In this document: in pieces, positions 38,750 to 52,500 of the stretch
How the letters are laid out: the number at the start of each line of letters is the position of its first letter
How positions within the stretch are numbered: the stretch's first letter is position 1
From: the human T2T-CHM13v2.0 reference genome, Homo sapiens
Length of the DNA: 64,000 nucleotides
Direction: 5' to 3' (one strand)
NCBI RefSeq assembly: GCF_009914755.1
Contig: NC_060934.1
Made by a program: the position numbers and the translations under genes
The notes under the pieces: generated by a model
What the model was told of the DNA's origin: nothing
The model's input: the letters and a program-made list of their open reading frames with translations, nothing else
Databases searched by the model: none

Positions 38750-39000
38750 CCAACAGCTATTGAATGTGCTCTGTGCCATTCAATTCTGAACTTTATGAAT
38801 TCTGAACTTTATGTGCATTCTCTCATTTAATCCTCTTGATGACGCCCCCAGAGAGGTAGAAACTCTCACCAACTCCGTTTTAGAAGTGAGGATATTGGGC
38901 TCAGAGTGGCTGAGTGCCTTGCCTAAGGTCACACAGCTGATAAATGGCAGAGAAGGAATTTGGGTGGAGATAATGTCTGGCCTCTGGACAAGCTCATTTG
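38750..39000 (-). mobile_element. MIR SINE
   Basis: ctcatttaatcctc...ggctcagagtggctgagtgccttgcctaaggtcacacagctgataaatggcagag is MIR in reverse. Confidence 0.75.
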
Positions 39001-40027
39001 CAGGCTGTACCAAGGAGTGACAGAGCCCCTGGGAGCACGCGCCGGGGAGGAGGGAGAGCTTACTGGGGGCAGCAATGGGTGGAGAGAAAGGAGGGAGGAG
39101 GGTAATCTTGGCCAACCCAGAAATGTTGGGAGGTAAGTGAGGTCCACAGGGGAGACAGGGGAGCTCAGGGCAAGCTCAGGAGGTCAAACCTAGGTGCTTG
39201 CAGTGGGGAGGTGGGAGAGCACACAGACTCAGCCAGAGCAGGCTTGGAGATGAAATCCCTACCCTGTGGGGTGGCCTGGCAGCCCAACAGCAGGAAGCAG
39301 AGCCCTTTGTGCCCCCTTCTCACGGGGGAGGGTTCTCCAGAGAGGGAAAACAGCCTTGTCTTAGGCACACCTGGCTGCCCCACCAGCCCAGCATTGGATT
39401 TCAGGAGCGCCAGATAACATACCAGGGGCACTCCCCTGGGGAGGGGTCTGGTACACAGTTCTCTGCCCATATCCGGTCCCCTTAACTGGCCATCAACCAA
39501 AAAACTACTTACTTTCTTGAAGGCAAATGAGCAAACAGTACCCCTGTGTGGTGTCAGGCGCTGTGATAAATGGCTGCTGAATGCAGTGGCTGGGCTGAGC
39601 TGAGAATGGAAAGATGGAAAGACGGGGTGGTGTGGGGGGGTGCACAGGGAAGAGCCATTCAGAAGGAAAGGAGGGAGAGTGTCTTCTCTCAAGGGGAGAG
39701 TTGAAAGGCAAGGTTTACAAGGTAGCAACATGATCACTTCCTGTCCCCTGTCCCAGGCATCAGTTTTGGAAAATCTGTTAGTGAGATGGGTTTAAAGATC
39801 TTAGCTGAAATTGATGACTCAGGCAAGAAAAGTGGCCAGGAGATATAGCTGCCCTTGGCTTGGAGAAAGAGGGTTCAGATCCTGGTGATTAAATGATAGC
39901 CCATCTTCACGGGCCCTCACTCACAGCAGCCGCTGAGGCATCTGAAGAACTGACTTCTAGAGACCAGTTTATTTAGCACAAGGAAGCCAGATTCCTACCT
40001 TGGCTCAAAGTGCACATCTGGGTAAAG

Positions 40028-40222
40028 TGGCCACTAACCTTGCCAACTGTGTGACCCGGGGCAAGTATTTTGGCCTCCGTTTCTTCATGCATAAATGAGG
40101 GCAATAGTAAAATTTACAACCTGGGAGTACTGTGTATATTAAATGAGCCTAGCATGCCATAGGTGCTCAATAAATGCTAGGCACTACTATATTCCTGCAA
40201 GTTGGGGAACAAATGGCTGCCA
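40028..40222 (+). repeat. local duplication, copy 1 (195 bp, MIR-derived)
   Basis: Aligns without gaps to 41323-41517 with 7 mismatches by manual comparison. Confidence 0.95.
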
Positions 40223-40867
40223 TTGAACTGTCAAGAGTTCAGCTTTCTTTTGACTGTGTCCTAGTATGAGACAGAGTCATTGTAGGCAGTGGACAAGCCT
40301 TGGGCTAGAGCCAGAAGATGGGGATCCCAGTTCCAATTCTTTCTCTGATGGCTATGTGACATTGGGCAAGACCCTTTCCCCCCCGGCCTTCAGATTTCTC
40401 ACCTGGGTAGTGAAGGAGCTGGACCAATGGAACTTCTCAGCCGGATAGGTCCGTGATGAGGCCTCCTTGAACATCTCATAGAGTGGCTTCTCCTCAGCAT
40501 CCGAGGGAGGCTTGGCAGGATGAATCCTAAGCTTATCAGGAAAGATCCCAATGGGAAAGGTGATTGAAATATTGTTTATCTTAGTGTAACTCAGCCAGAC
40601 CCCTGGTGTGGCTGCCCCTATTCTGCAGGCTTTGTTCAGAGTTGGGTGGAGATGACTCATTCTTGTGCCCTCAACAGACTTCTGTCAGTGAACATACTGA
40701 GCACACTCCCAGTAGGCATGGAGGGACACACGCAATGCACACATATAACACACGTATGTATACATGTGCACACACGGACATGCACAGAGCTGTTTCCATG
40801 GTCTGTGTAGAAATGACTGCCCTGGGGATGCTCTGATTGGGGGTCTCAGAACACCTGGACCCTGGAG

Positions 40868-41070
40868 TAGCATTGCCAGATTTAGCAAATAAAAAGATAG
40901 GATGCCCAGCTAAATTAGAAAAATAGTTCTAAAGGCTGAATTTTGTAATTTATTGACAAAAGCTAAATACAGGGTGTTAATTATGGACCATCTTGACAGT
41001 TTATACAGGAGTTGCGTCACATAAGTAAATATGAGACACATCCTTGTATACAAGATACCTGGCAACCCTA
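40868..41070. mobile_element. non-autonomous hAT DNA transposon (MER53-like ends)
   Basis: Termini tagcattgccagattt and ctggcaacccta form an imperfect inverted repeat; 8-bp TSD ccctggag/ccctgggg. Confidence 0.6.
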
Positions 41071-41322
41071 CCCTGGGGGTTCCCAAATCAGCAATGAATT
41101 GGACTGAAAGCTGGAGAACTTCTTGGCTTAGAAGACAAGTAGTTTACTTAGGAGACTCTCAGATTGGGGGCTGGAGGAGAAAAAGGGAGAAAATAAAGGG
41201 AAAGGTCCAGGGTAGGGCTTAGGGCTTTGCTAGAACTCTGAGGGCACTGAGGTCCTGGCTGCACTGTCTTCCAGATCTGAACCCCACCTCTCCCTCACTG
41301 ACCAATGCCTGGCATTGGTCAC

Positions 41323-41517
41323 TGGCCACTAACCTTGCCAGCTGTGTGACCCAGGGCAAGTATTTTGGCCTCCGTTTCTTCATGCATAAATGAAGGCAAT
41401 AGTAAAATTTACAACCTGGGGGTATTGTGTATATTAAATGAGCCTGGCATGCCATAGGAGCTCAATAAATGCTAGGCACTACTATATTCCTGCAAGTTGG
41501 GGAACAAATGGCTGCCA
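41323..41517 (+). repeat. local duplication, copy 2 (195 bp, MIR-derived)
   Basis: Aligns without gaps to 40028-40222 with 7 mismatches. Confidence 0.95.
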
Positions 41518-44500
41518 CTAGCCTGTTGACTGGGGGCAGCTGCCCGGGCACTACTGCTATTTCAGGATGGAACTGACTCATAGCAACAAAAAATGGACAG
41601 AGGGAAGGACCTAGCTCAGACCCCGCCCCGAAACCCCATATAGGTGCCCCAGCTAAGATCAGCTTCTTTCTAAGTCATTGTTCATCCACCCCTTATTGGG
41701 CAGGGGCACTTTCCACTTTGCAGATGAGCAAATGGAGGCTCAGGGAGATCTGCTGGGCCTCTAGGATGTTTGCTCTGGGACTAGAAAAAGGCCACTAGCC
41801 CCCAGCTGAGCCCCAGCTGGACTGGATTCTCTTGGTGTGTGGGCTTTGTGCCTGCCTAGGAGGGGTGGGAGCTGCAGTTAGTGGGCACTGTGGTGTGCAG
41901 GAGACTGACTTAGCTGTGTAGCAGAGCTGAGGCTTGGGGAGGTGAATTAATCAGGTAAAATACCTTGTCCAGTGCCCACACAGCACACGGGGTGGGGGTA
42001 GATGATCATTATTGCTATATTAATGCCAATCAAAGTGATGTTATAACTATATTATTTCTGTGCACATTTATAGAACAGCTTTGATACACCAGGCATTGTG
42101 CTAGGGGCTAAGGGGACCCTCAAAGAAAGTGTTTGGTACTGCCCATCCCCTAGGAGCTGCTGACAGTCTAGGTGAGGATCTATGCATGACATATTGCGTG
42201 AACAAGGCAAGTGGTGGTAAAGCCACGTGACTTGGCCTTAAAGTTTAGGAAGACATCAAAAGAGAGGGCTGGTCTCACTGACCAATGCCTGGCATTGTGT
42301 GGTGGTCAGGGAAGGCTTCCCGGAGGATGTGAGGATCAGGCTCTGGTCCTGGCCCACTCTCAGCCCAGTGTGTCCTGTTCAGCACCCTGGGCTTGCAGTC
42401 ATGTGGCACAGGGGTGACACTCAGTGAGTGGTCCCAGTGGTGTGTCCAGGGCTGGACAGAGGGCCCTAGGTAGGAGAAGCTGGGAGTGAGTGTCCATGAC
42501 CTGGCCAGAGTTTTGAAGGGCTGGGGTAACATCAGTTCTTTACCTGTTCCATCCTCCTCTTAGGCCCCAAGGAGAAGAGCCAGGTAAGAGCCGGGTGTTG
42601 CTCATCTGTGCCTCTGGCTGGGAGGTTGCTCTGCTGAGAAGCTGACAGCTCCTCCCTATCCACATTGACCCTAGGTGCCCATTGCAGCCTTTGTCCTACT
42701 GCACAGGAAGGAAAGATCCTTCTCTGCATCTCAGGGATTCCATCTGGTTTTTATTTTCATGTGTAGCAGTGACGAATGTTGCTACAAAAAAACCCAGAAA
42801 GAGGCAAGAGAACCATACCTCCTCCTGCATGGGGTGTTTCATTGCATCGTGTCCGTGCTGGCTGACTGATGGAATTTGACATTCCGAGCTCATTAGCTCA
42901 GGAGTCACTTACAGCGAGCAGTTTGCGCATGGAGGTTGAAAAGGGGCTTTAGTTTTGGCGTCAGTGCAAAATTTGGCTTCCAAGGAGAAGCTCTTTGGCG
43001 GGGCTCATCCCTTCCAGTGGTTTCCCTTCTGCTGTGCCCAGGCTTGGCTTAGCTGGGATCTGTGTCCCCTCCTCCAGGGAGAGGGCCAGCTGGGGCCACC
43101 CTCCCCATTTCATCTCCCAGGTCAAGACACTCGATTGTCAAAGTTGGAAGAGAAAGTCTGACTCCAGCAATTTGCAGAGTAGCAGGGGAACTGAGGCCAA
43201 GAAAGTGGAGGGGCTTGCCCAAAGTAGTCCAACATGTCAGGGAAAGAGGGGCTGTAGATAAGCATGTGGATTCTGGAGGCAGAAAGATGATGCTTTGAAG
43301 ACTGCCTCTGTTCCTCACTGGCTGCGTGATCTTGGCCCACAAATGCCCTCATCTCAGAGGACTGCAAAGAGATGAAGGTAATATATCTAAAGAGCCTAGC
43401 ACGGTGCCTGTTTCTGACCAAGGGCTCAACACATGCTAGTTATTGCTGTTCTTATTCTTGTTATTATTGTGGTTCAGCCCTGACTTCCTGACTTGCAGTG
43501 TGGCCCATTACTTCATGGTGAGGTCTTTTCTCTGCCTTCATGAGTTGCCCAGCGAAAGTCAAACAGCAAAAGCAGCCTGGAGACTGCTGGGGGAAGCTCT
43601 GCTCTGGCTTTGCCCTTTGGCCTGGAGCTAAATGGCAAAGTCTCTGAAGACCAGGCTGAAGGGAGGCAGAGCTTCAGTAGGAGGGGAGATGTCCCCGGGG
43701 GGCAGCAGCATGTGCCAATATCAGTCATCAACCAGCCCCCTGCTCCAGAATATCCTTACTGAGTGACAGAATGATAAAATGTTTGCCCGTTGTTGATTTT
43801 TCTACACCTGGGCCCCTTGGATGCTCCCCTCTAAGGCAGAAAGAGCATGAGTGTGGGAGCCAGCTGGCCTCAGTTTCTTCGTCTGCAAAAGGGGTTATAT
43901 TTCTCTCTTGGGACTCAAGGAGAGGGTGTCGGTAAAGCATCTTGCACATAAGCCTCATTCCACTTCCACCTGCACAGACAAGCTCCAGCTTTGAGGTCAA
44001 CTCTCCTTCCATTGTGTTCCTCAAACCATTTTGAAGAGGTAGGAGAGAAGTATTACCACTCCCATTGTGCAGGGGAGAACACCGCGGCCCCAAGAGGGTA
44101 GCTGACTTGCTCAAGAAGTCATCAACAAAGCCGGGACCTCATGCCAAACCTCTTGGTTCTCAGGCCAGTACCCAAGCTGCCAAGATGCTTCCATTTCAGC
44201 AGATGGACAAAAACACAGTTGAAACTAAACAACAAAGTCAGCAGTTTCTCAGCCCTTCTCTTCACCCACCCTGGGGATCAGTTGAGCTTTCCTCTTCCAA
44301 GACATAAACACTCCCCCTGGGTTAAGGGAGCCTTGGATCTACCCCACAGACCTGAGTCAGACTTCAAACAGGGCTTTGGATGAAAGGGAAGGGGTTCTCA
44401 GCCATAAGATGGGTCACGTGGGCAGGGTGCTGAGACCCCAGGCTGGGGATCCTTCCCAGGCTGACTTCCTGGGCAGATCGTGTAAGCGTAGTTTCCTCCC

Positions 44501-45792
44501 AGCTCCTCTCAGGAAACCCTGTACAAACAGTACCCTCCCCACCTGGCTTGGAGTCCTGGTGATTAGGATTTAATGAGCTGGCTGCAGAGAGCTCAGTGGG
44601 CTGGGGTCAGTCTTCTAGGCCTGCGGAATGCACCTCTGCTGGGCTGGGGCTCTGAGTTTTGTGTTTTGGGCCAACCTGATCCTCATATATCTATTTGGAA
44701 CCAGCGAGTCTCCCCAGAATATTTTATCAAGTTATTTTGAGTTAGGAGTTTAATAGACATAGAAGCTTTTAAGGAGAGTGAGTAAATGAAGTTGGCAAGG
44801 GGGAGTAGGCAGGGGAGAGAGGAGGAAATCCCAGGCTAAGTTTTGGAAGAGGGCTTGATTATGTTGGTGACAGCAGGCTGCATCTTCCAGGACAGGAATC
44901 CCCCCATGGTTTACAAAACACTTCCCCTTACATAATCCTATTTAATTCACATGACAAGCCTAAGAGTTAGGGAGGGTTCATTTGCCTTATTAGCCCGTGT
45001 TTACAGATGGTGAAACTGAGGCTCAGAGAGGTGCTGAGATCACACAGCAGGATCATGCAGCAGACCACGGGCAGGGCTGGGATTCCGGACCAAGCTTGGC
45101 ATTCTTTTCCTGGCACCACAGTATTTGGCTTTCACAATTTTAATCTGGAAACACTTTAACTACGAATTTTCATTTTGAAGTCATGTCTCAGATGGATTCA
45201 TAACAGTATAGTGATCCATAAACTATAAGAATACTAGGATTTTTATTGCCCAGGACTTTAGTAATACTCTAATTACTAAAAACGGAAACTAAAGTGGTGA
45301 CATTACTACTGCAAGCCCTCTGTGTTTTCCACTCCTGAGTTAGATGTCACTGGTGGTGCTGTAGAGGGGGCTGCTGGAGCACTGTCCTTCATGTGAAAGG
45401 GGGTTCCCTTTGCCCTTTTTGGGTGCCCACCCACAAGCTTCTCTGTGCTCTGCTTCCCTTCGCTCTCCAAGATGCTACCTTAGAGCTACTGGAGCCACTT
45501 TGTTCAGGCAGAGGGCTGTACGTGCCCTAGGGCTGATGTGCCCCTGGAAAGGTTTGCAGCTAAGGACTGCCTGGAGCAGGGATATGAAAGCCCAGCTTTC
45601 TCGGCTCGAGGCAGGGCAAACTCCTTTAGAGCTCCCCATGGGACTGGTCCCCTGCTGGGGCTGGGACTTCACCTGAAACTGCACTCTTCTCATTTCTCTC
45701 TGTCTTGCTCCCCCACCATGTCCTCCCTCCAATCTTTCCTGGGAGCACTTCCTTAATTACTCATGAATCCAGACCTTTAGATGAGATACAAT

Positions 45793-46081
45793 CTTTTGTT
45801 TTTTGAGACGAAGTCTCACTTTGTCACCCAGGTTGGAGTGCAGTGGCACAATCTCAGCTTACTGCTTGAACCACCTCCTGGGTTCAAGCAATTATTTTGC
45901 CTCAGCCTCCCTAGTAGCTAGGACTACAGGCATGCACCACCACACCTGGCTAATTTTTGTATTTATAATAGAGACGGGGTTTCCCCATGTCGGCTAGGCT
46001 GGTCTTGAACTCCTGACCTCAAATGATCTGGCTGCCTTGGCCTCCCAAAATGCTGCGATTATAGGTGTGAGCCACCGTGCA
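45793..46081 (-). mobile_element. AluS
   Basis: Full-length diverged Alu consensus in reverse. Confidence 0.88.
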
Positions 46082-48423
46082 GGTGTGGTAAGATAAATTT
46101 TCATTTTCCTCTAAAGGTCCGCTTCTGACCTGGACCCAAGACAGGTGCTGAACAAGGGCAGGGCTCCAGAATCAAGATCATGAAAGGAGATGAAATTAGA
46201 AAGGGAAGGGGAGCTCCTTCACCGAAATTTAAGCTTGAGGGGAGCCCTTTTTGAAGCGTTGGCTAGCACAGAGATGGGGAAGAGGTCATCTGAGAATGTG
46301 CTAGAGTGTATTTGTGAATGAACCATATCTTAGAGGCTGTGATCTCATCATCTCTTCTGAATGACAAGGGTAAGGGGTTGGCCCATGGGTCTTGGCTATG
46401 AACAGGGACACAAACGTGCTGGAGACTGAATTGTGTCTGAGACACAAATTAGCATGCAGGACATCGATTAGGAAATGCACTTAGGAACAAAACCTACAAA
46501 CAAATCAGGGAAGGAGGATGGGGTGGAGGGAGATGTTGGGCTGTGATTCAGTTGCAGACCCCATGGGACCCTGGAGCTGGGATGGCCTTTCAGAGATGAC
46601 CTGAATGAGGCTGGGGACTGGGTCTTTGTACTCCTGCTTGGACCAGTCCTTGGATGCTAGCTGCCCCAGGGAGGGGGGTAACCTTGAACTAGGCACCTTC
46701 CTCCAGGTGAAGGAAAGTTCTGGAGAAGGACTCAGCTGCGAGGCATGTGGGTGGTGCAGCACAGAGTTCCACCATCGCTCATGGACTGTCTGTTGGGATG
46801 TTTCCACCTGGCATTTTCTTGCCACTGGTTCATCCAATCTTTGGGTACAGAGGCTGTAGAAAGAAGGGAAACATACCTGCTTTCAATTCCATTTAAATTA
46901 ACATGGATTTCCTGAGGACTTCCTATATGTTGGACCCTTTAAGGCCTGACAAATGAAGAAGAGAAGGTCTTTATCCTCAGGAAACTTCAGTCCAAGTGGA
47001 GAGATGCAACTTTTGCCTGTTTGAGGAGTGAAATGGTCATCCAAAGGAGTGGGTGTCTTGATGACTAGTGTTTATCAAGCACTTACTATGTGCCAGGTAC
47101 AATGTTGAGTACTCAACCCATTTATCTTCTCGTAACAATTCATGATGGCTTTAGAGTATTTTAGCTTCATTTCACAGATGGGTTAAGTGGCTTTCCCATA
47201 AATACTAGGAAGTGGTCAAAATGGGATTTGTAATTTGAGCATTCTAACTCCAAAAGCCTGAGCTCTGAAGAATCACCTTCCACTGTGTGCGTGGGAACTG
47301 AGAGGATGCTGCAACTTTTTGCAGAGTAAGATGAGGATTATCAGGGAAGACTGCCTGGAGGTGGTGGTACCTGGAATTGGTGGTACTGACAGCATGTGTG
47401 TTAGGGGAGTGGAGTTTGCACCAATGCTACACAGAGAGACGGCAATCTCTTATTGTAAATTGGTTTATGAAATGCTCTCTTCTGTGTGGTCTGCCTGGAT
47501 CAATCAGACGTGTAATGATTGAATAGTACACCCTCTCCTGAGCGGAGGAGGAGTTTTTCTGTCTTCCCTTTTCATCTTTTGCAGCGATCTCTGCATCCCG
47601 ACAGTTACATTCTGTCTGTGCAGTACCCTGACTTATAGTGTTTGGCAGTTTCTGTGGTGTAAATACACCACCATGGCTGATTCATGACTAGTGTCATGAA
47701 TAACATGTCACTGGAGGTGGAGTTGGGAAGAGATGCCTACAATTGGCTGTCAGACCACTGCAAGTTACCTCTTGTGTCTCTAACATCTCCACTTCCAGAG
47801 TTGGATTTTAAGGGTCAGGTCTTGACTTTTACAATGTCTGGGAAGAGGAGTGATTCCTTGGTTCTGTTTGGCCCTCACTCAATGAGTGATATCTCACATC
47901 CTCATATCCCCAAGTTGAGGACATGGATTACATCGTGAAAGTCAATCGTTCACACAGAGTAGATATCTTTCACCACCCACCCTGGGATATCGCACTGTCC
48001 ACCCACCTCCTTCCTCCATGTCTGATACTTAGTGGTCTGGCATCTGCCCAGGACCCACTTTTGCTCTTATACCATAATAACCCTTCACACGGAGAGGGCA
48101 TTTACAAAGTGCTTTTCAGAGCCATCTTCCCATATAATCCTCCCAACAACCCGTGAGGTCAGCTGAACAAGGTGTGACTTCTATTACTTTACAGATAAAT
48201 TATCCAAGGAGGTTTAAAGACTCACTCAAGGGCACACTGGCTGGTAAATGGTGGTGGAGTAGAATGTAAACCCTTTGGCCTGGAAGGCCCAGTCTGGCAG
48301 ATTGTTTTGGACAGGTTGAGCATCATAAATATTCCAGAGTACATTATAAGTGAAAAGCTGGGTTAAAAGTTACATGTCTGGACTTATCCTTTTATTTTAC
48401 AATATTAACTTTAAAAATTCTGC

Positions 48424-48715
<292 letters not shown>

Positions 48716-49419
48716 CACTAAGATATTTAAAATTGTGCCAACTTATACCCAACTCCTTTTTTCATTGTTCCCTTTTGATTTTCAGCAGCAGTTGGGAACC
48801 AGGGGTTTTGGGGCGGGTGGCATGGCACTTTTCGTGGGTGATTCGGTCCCTTCCTGGCCTGCTCCTTGTCTTTTCAGCCTCCCACAAACCCAACACTGCA
48901 ACAGTCCGGGTGACTGTGAAGGGGCCGGGTTACAGTGAAGGAGTAGGCAGAGGTAATATTTCAGCCCAAGGTGTTTCAGATCAACAACTTCTTTAGTCAA
49001 GACGACAAAAGTATTTATTACAGGAAATCCCTGGCAAGGACGATCTCAGGCTTCTCAAAGAGACAGCAATAAAGGCAAACTTTTGCCTGGAGCACCGGAC
49101 TTCTGAGGCTGAGCTGCAAATATCTGACGGAGGTGGCATTAACATTCCTGCAGGAGGTGGAATCTGTCCTTCTGATTAGGAAGCTGCGAACAATGTACAA
49201 ACATCGGTGTCCGCCTTTGAGGGGAGGGAGATTTATACCTGCGATTTCTCTTGTGATCTGCTGTCCTCTAAGCTTCGGGATGGAACAGCTGCTGTGTTTG
49301 ACTCAATTTTTCAGGAAAGATAAACCTGCCATCCTCCAGATGCACCCACCCACCTGCACACCCACAACCATGCTCTTTATGGTATCTCATCCCAGTTTTC
49401 TTCCAGTGCAGAGTCAAAA

Positions 49420-49595
49420 TGTGAATAGCTTGGATGAATGTTTCAAAAACTTGCCCAGTAGAAAATTAAAAGATACTGATTCTGAGGTTCTCCCTGCCCC
49501 TACTCTGCAGTCTGATTCATTAGGTGGGGTGGGGCATCTAAGAAGCTATAGTCTTAACAAGACCACAGGTAATTCTTATAATTGGATACGTTTGA
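49420..49595. mobile_element. MER5-like hAT-Charlie fragment
   Basis: gatactgattctg...ctgattcattaggt...ttaacaag...caggtaattctta resembles MER5. Confidence 0.5.
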
Positions 49596-52500
49596 GAGGC
49601 AGCAGGTATGGACCAGTGTGTTTCACACAGAGCAAGCACCTGAATCAGCAGAAGAGCTTGCGAAAAATGGAGTGCTGACCCTCTTGTTGGGTGGGTGCAT
49701 CCAGGGGTTTCTGATAATTTGCATTTGGAACACACTCTCAAGCCATGGGGATGCTGATGGTGAGGTAGGGGTAAAGAGCACAAACCCTGGAGCCAGACTT
49801 AACCTGTCTAAGCCTCTGTCATCTGTAACATGGGGTTGGCCATAACATCCACCTCTTAAAGTGTTGTTATGAGGACTAAGTAGTAATACTTGTAAGGCAC
49901 TTAGAACAGATTCTGGCAGGTGGCAAACTAGTATTACATGTTTGTTAACTAGAGTAAATAAATTGCCAGCCTAGGTTGGAGGTTTGTATTCATTCATCCA
50001 CTCAACCAATGCTTTCTGAGTACTTCCCCTGAGCTGGAACTGTAGTAAGTATGGGACGACGCAGGCGTGCAGGCGGCAAAGGCAATCCCTTCTTTCTTTG
50101 GTATTTTACGTGTAATAAGATGCTAAAAGGACACCTACCAGAAGATTATAAAGGATTGAAGCAAAGAGGTCAGGGCAGAGGACTTAGGGGCTAGTTGAAA
50201 TGTGGTACATTTCCCCATTTTACAACTCCTTCTGCTCCCTGCACCCTGCCCTGCCCCACCCTGGGAGGTGGTATTTCCTTCTCACTCACAAGTCAAGGGA
50301 GACAGGCTCAAGCAGGACCACTGAGAAAGCTTGACCCATGTTCCCTAGAATTGGGGGCCTGGGTGAATGAGCCTTCCCATGAACCAAGGAGATCTGCAGG
50401 AGACAGTCGACTTTGGCTAGTCAGACAATGTGACCTCAACTGAGAACATCTGAGTTGGGAGGACCTCTGGAAGCCCAGGGGCTGGGGTGTCTGAAGTAGC
50501 AGGAGGAGAAATTCCTAGAGGGAGAGTTCTAGAGAAACCCAGAAAAAGCACCCCTCAAGAAAGTGAACTTTGAACGTCTATGGTAGCCAGTTAAGGCACA
50601 AGATTACATCTGAATCCTCTTCTTCCTCTTCTTTTCCAAACCTGGAGGCCTGGGAGTACGGGGGAGTAGAGGAGGAGATACACAAGACTGGGAAGTGGAG
50701 AGAAGACCACACTGTTGCCCTTGGCCCCCCTGGGCCTCCCTGGCTAAAGCTGGCCTGAGCTGGGGAGGGCTCCTACACTGTGGGGAGAGTAAGGAGTTAG
50801 TAATTATGACTCTGGGCCTGAAATTTTAATTACTGAAATGAGACTATGCTTGGGACTGAAAGTGACTGCAAAGCAGAAAAGCTCTGGGACCTGCCAGAGA
50901 TTTTATTCTCAGGGCAGGGAAAAAACAACCTGAAGAGCTGGTTTGAAGGGACAGTTGAGGCTGGGATGAGCAGTGTTGGAGAAAGTTGTTCAATAGAATG
51001 GTGATACAACCACATTTACCTGAATGCATGAAAATATACATAAATACACATGTATAATACAGATTCATATCAATATATGTACATATGGACATAGCCATGT
51101 GTATAACAGATATATCTGTATTCAAAAACTATCATTTTTGAGAGTCCACTACTGCACATGCTCTAGACCAGGTATCATTACATACTAATGTATGTAAAAG
51201 GTATTATTACATACTAAGGTATGTAAAGCGAATGCTTTAATCCTCAAATAAGATAGATACCATCCCTGTTTTACAGACGATAACACTGAGGGTCAAAGAC
51301 ATGAAATCTTTTATCCCAAGATCACTTAGCAGGTGGCAGAGCTGCAATTCAAACCCAGATTCCCTCCCTCATCCAGACTGGATATCTGTGGTTCCCCTGC
51401 CATGCTGCCAGTCCTGAGATGGGTCTGTCCCCAAGGTCCAGGCCTCTTTAGTGATCTTATGTGGCCTGTAGATTTGTCAATTCCTGTGTCAATATATAGC
51501 TTTCTCTTTATGCATAGATTAATGTGATCTGCTATTGTGGTTAATTGATATGCATTGGCCCAGGCTAAAGGATTCCCCTTCTCCCTTAGCTTGCTCAAGT
51601 TTAAGGCAGATAATACAAAGTCCCATGGCTAAAGCATTAGAGGAGGGTGACTGAGCTTTTGAAGACTTGGGGGCCAAAATAGTAGTAATGGGGGAATCCA
51701 AGGAGACGCAGCATGGAGACTGAACCTACAGCATGATTAATTGGTAAAATAGGTCCCCATGCTCTGGCTGAGTTTCAGGATAGGCAGCTCTCCCTCCTCC
51801 CTCTCTTCCCTCCTCTGTGCATGCTACCCATGTGGCCAAGAGAACTCCTTTGTCCCTGGCGCAGTCACCTTCTGGGACCATGCAAGCCCATTGATCCCAT
51901 GTCACTTGGCACTGTTTTAGGTACTTAAATCCAGTCTTCCTAAAGCGGGCTTCAATCCTGGGCACCGTGCTGGGGGAGGTGGAGGACGAACCAGGTGCCT
52001 GGGCGTGCACCTGCGCATATGCACAAGACCCTGTGTTTGATTCAAAGCTCCACTGTTTTCCTCTTAACACGTTTTGAATAAGGTGCCCCACATTTTCATT
52101 TTGCACTGGATCCTGCAAATTATGTAGCTGATTTTGATGGGGGGCATTTTCGTCCAACAAATCCATGTATTCTCCATAGAACCTAGCACCATGCAAATTC
52201 AGCCTGAACCATGTTGTGTGTAAACTTGGTAAACAAATAGGCCTGAGCTGCTGTGCGTGGTCAGCGTTGGGGTGGTGTGGGCAGGGTGGAGAGATGTTGT
52301 ATGTGTTACATGGAGAGAGACATGGTGTCCAGCCTTCTGTGCAATGATGAGAAAAAAAATCCACTCTTAACTGGGATCTCGTTCAGGAAGTTACTCTTTT
52401 CAACTAAAGGAAAACGATACAATTCTCCCCTCTCCCCAACCAATTTGCACACCGAGATGAACTCCAGAAACAAATACCCACGGCCAGGCATCTGGCCATA

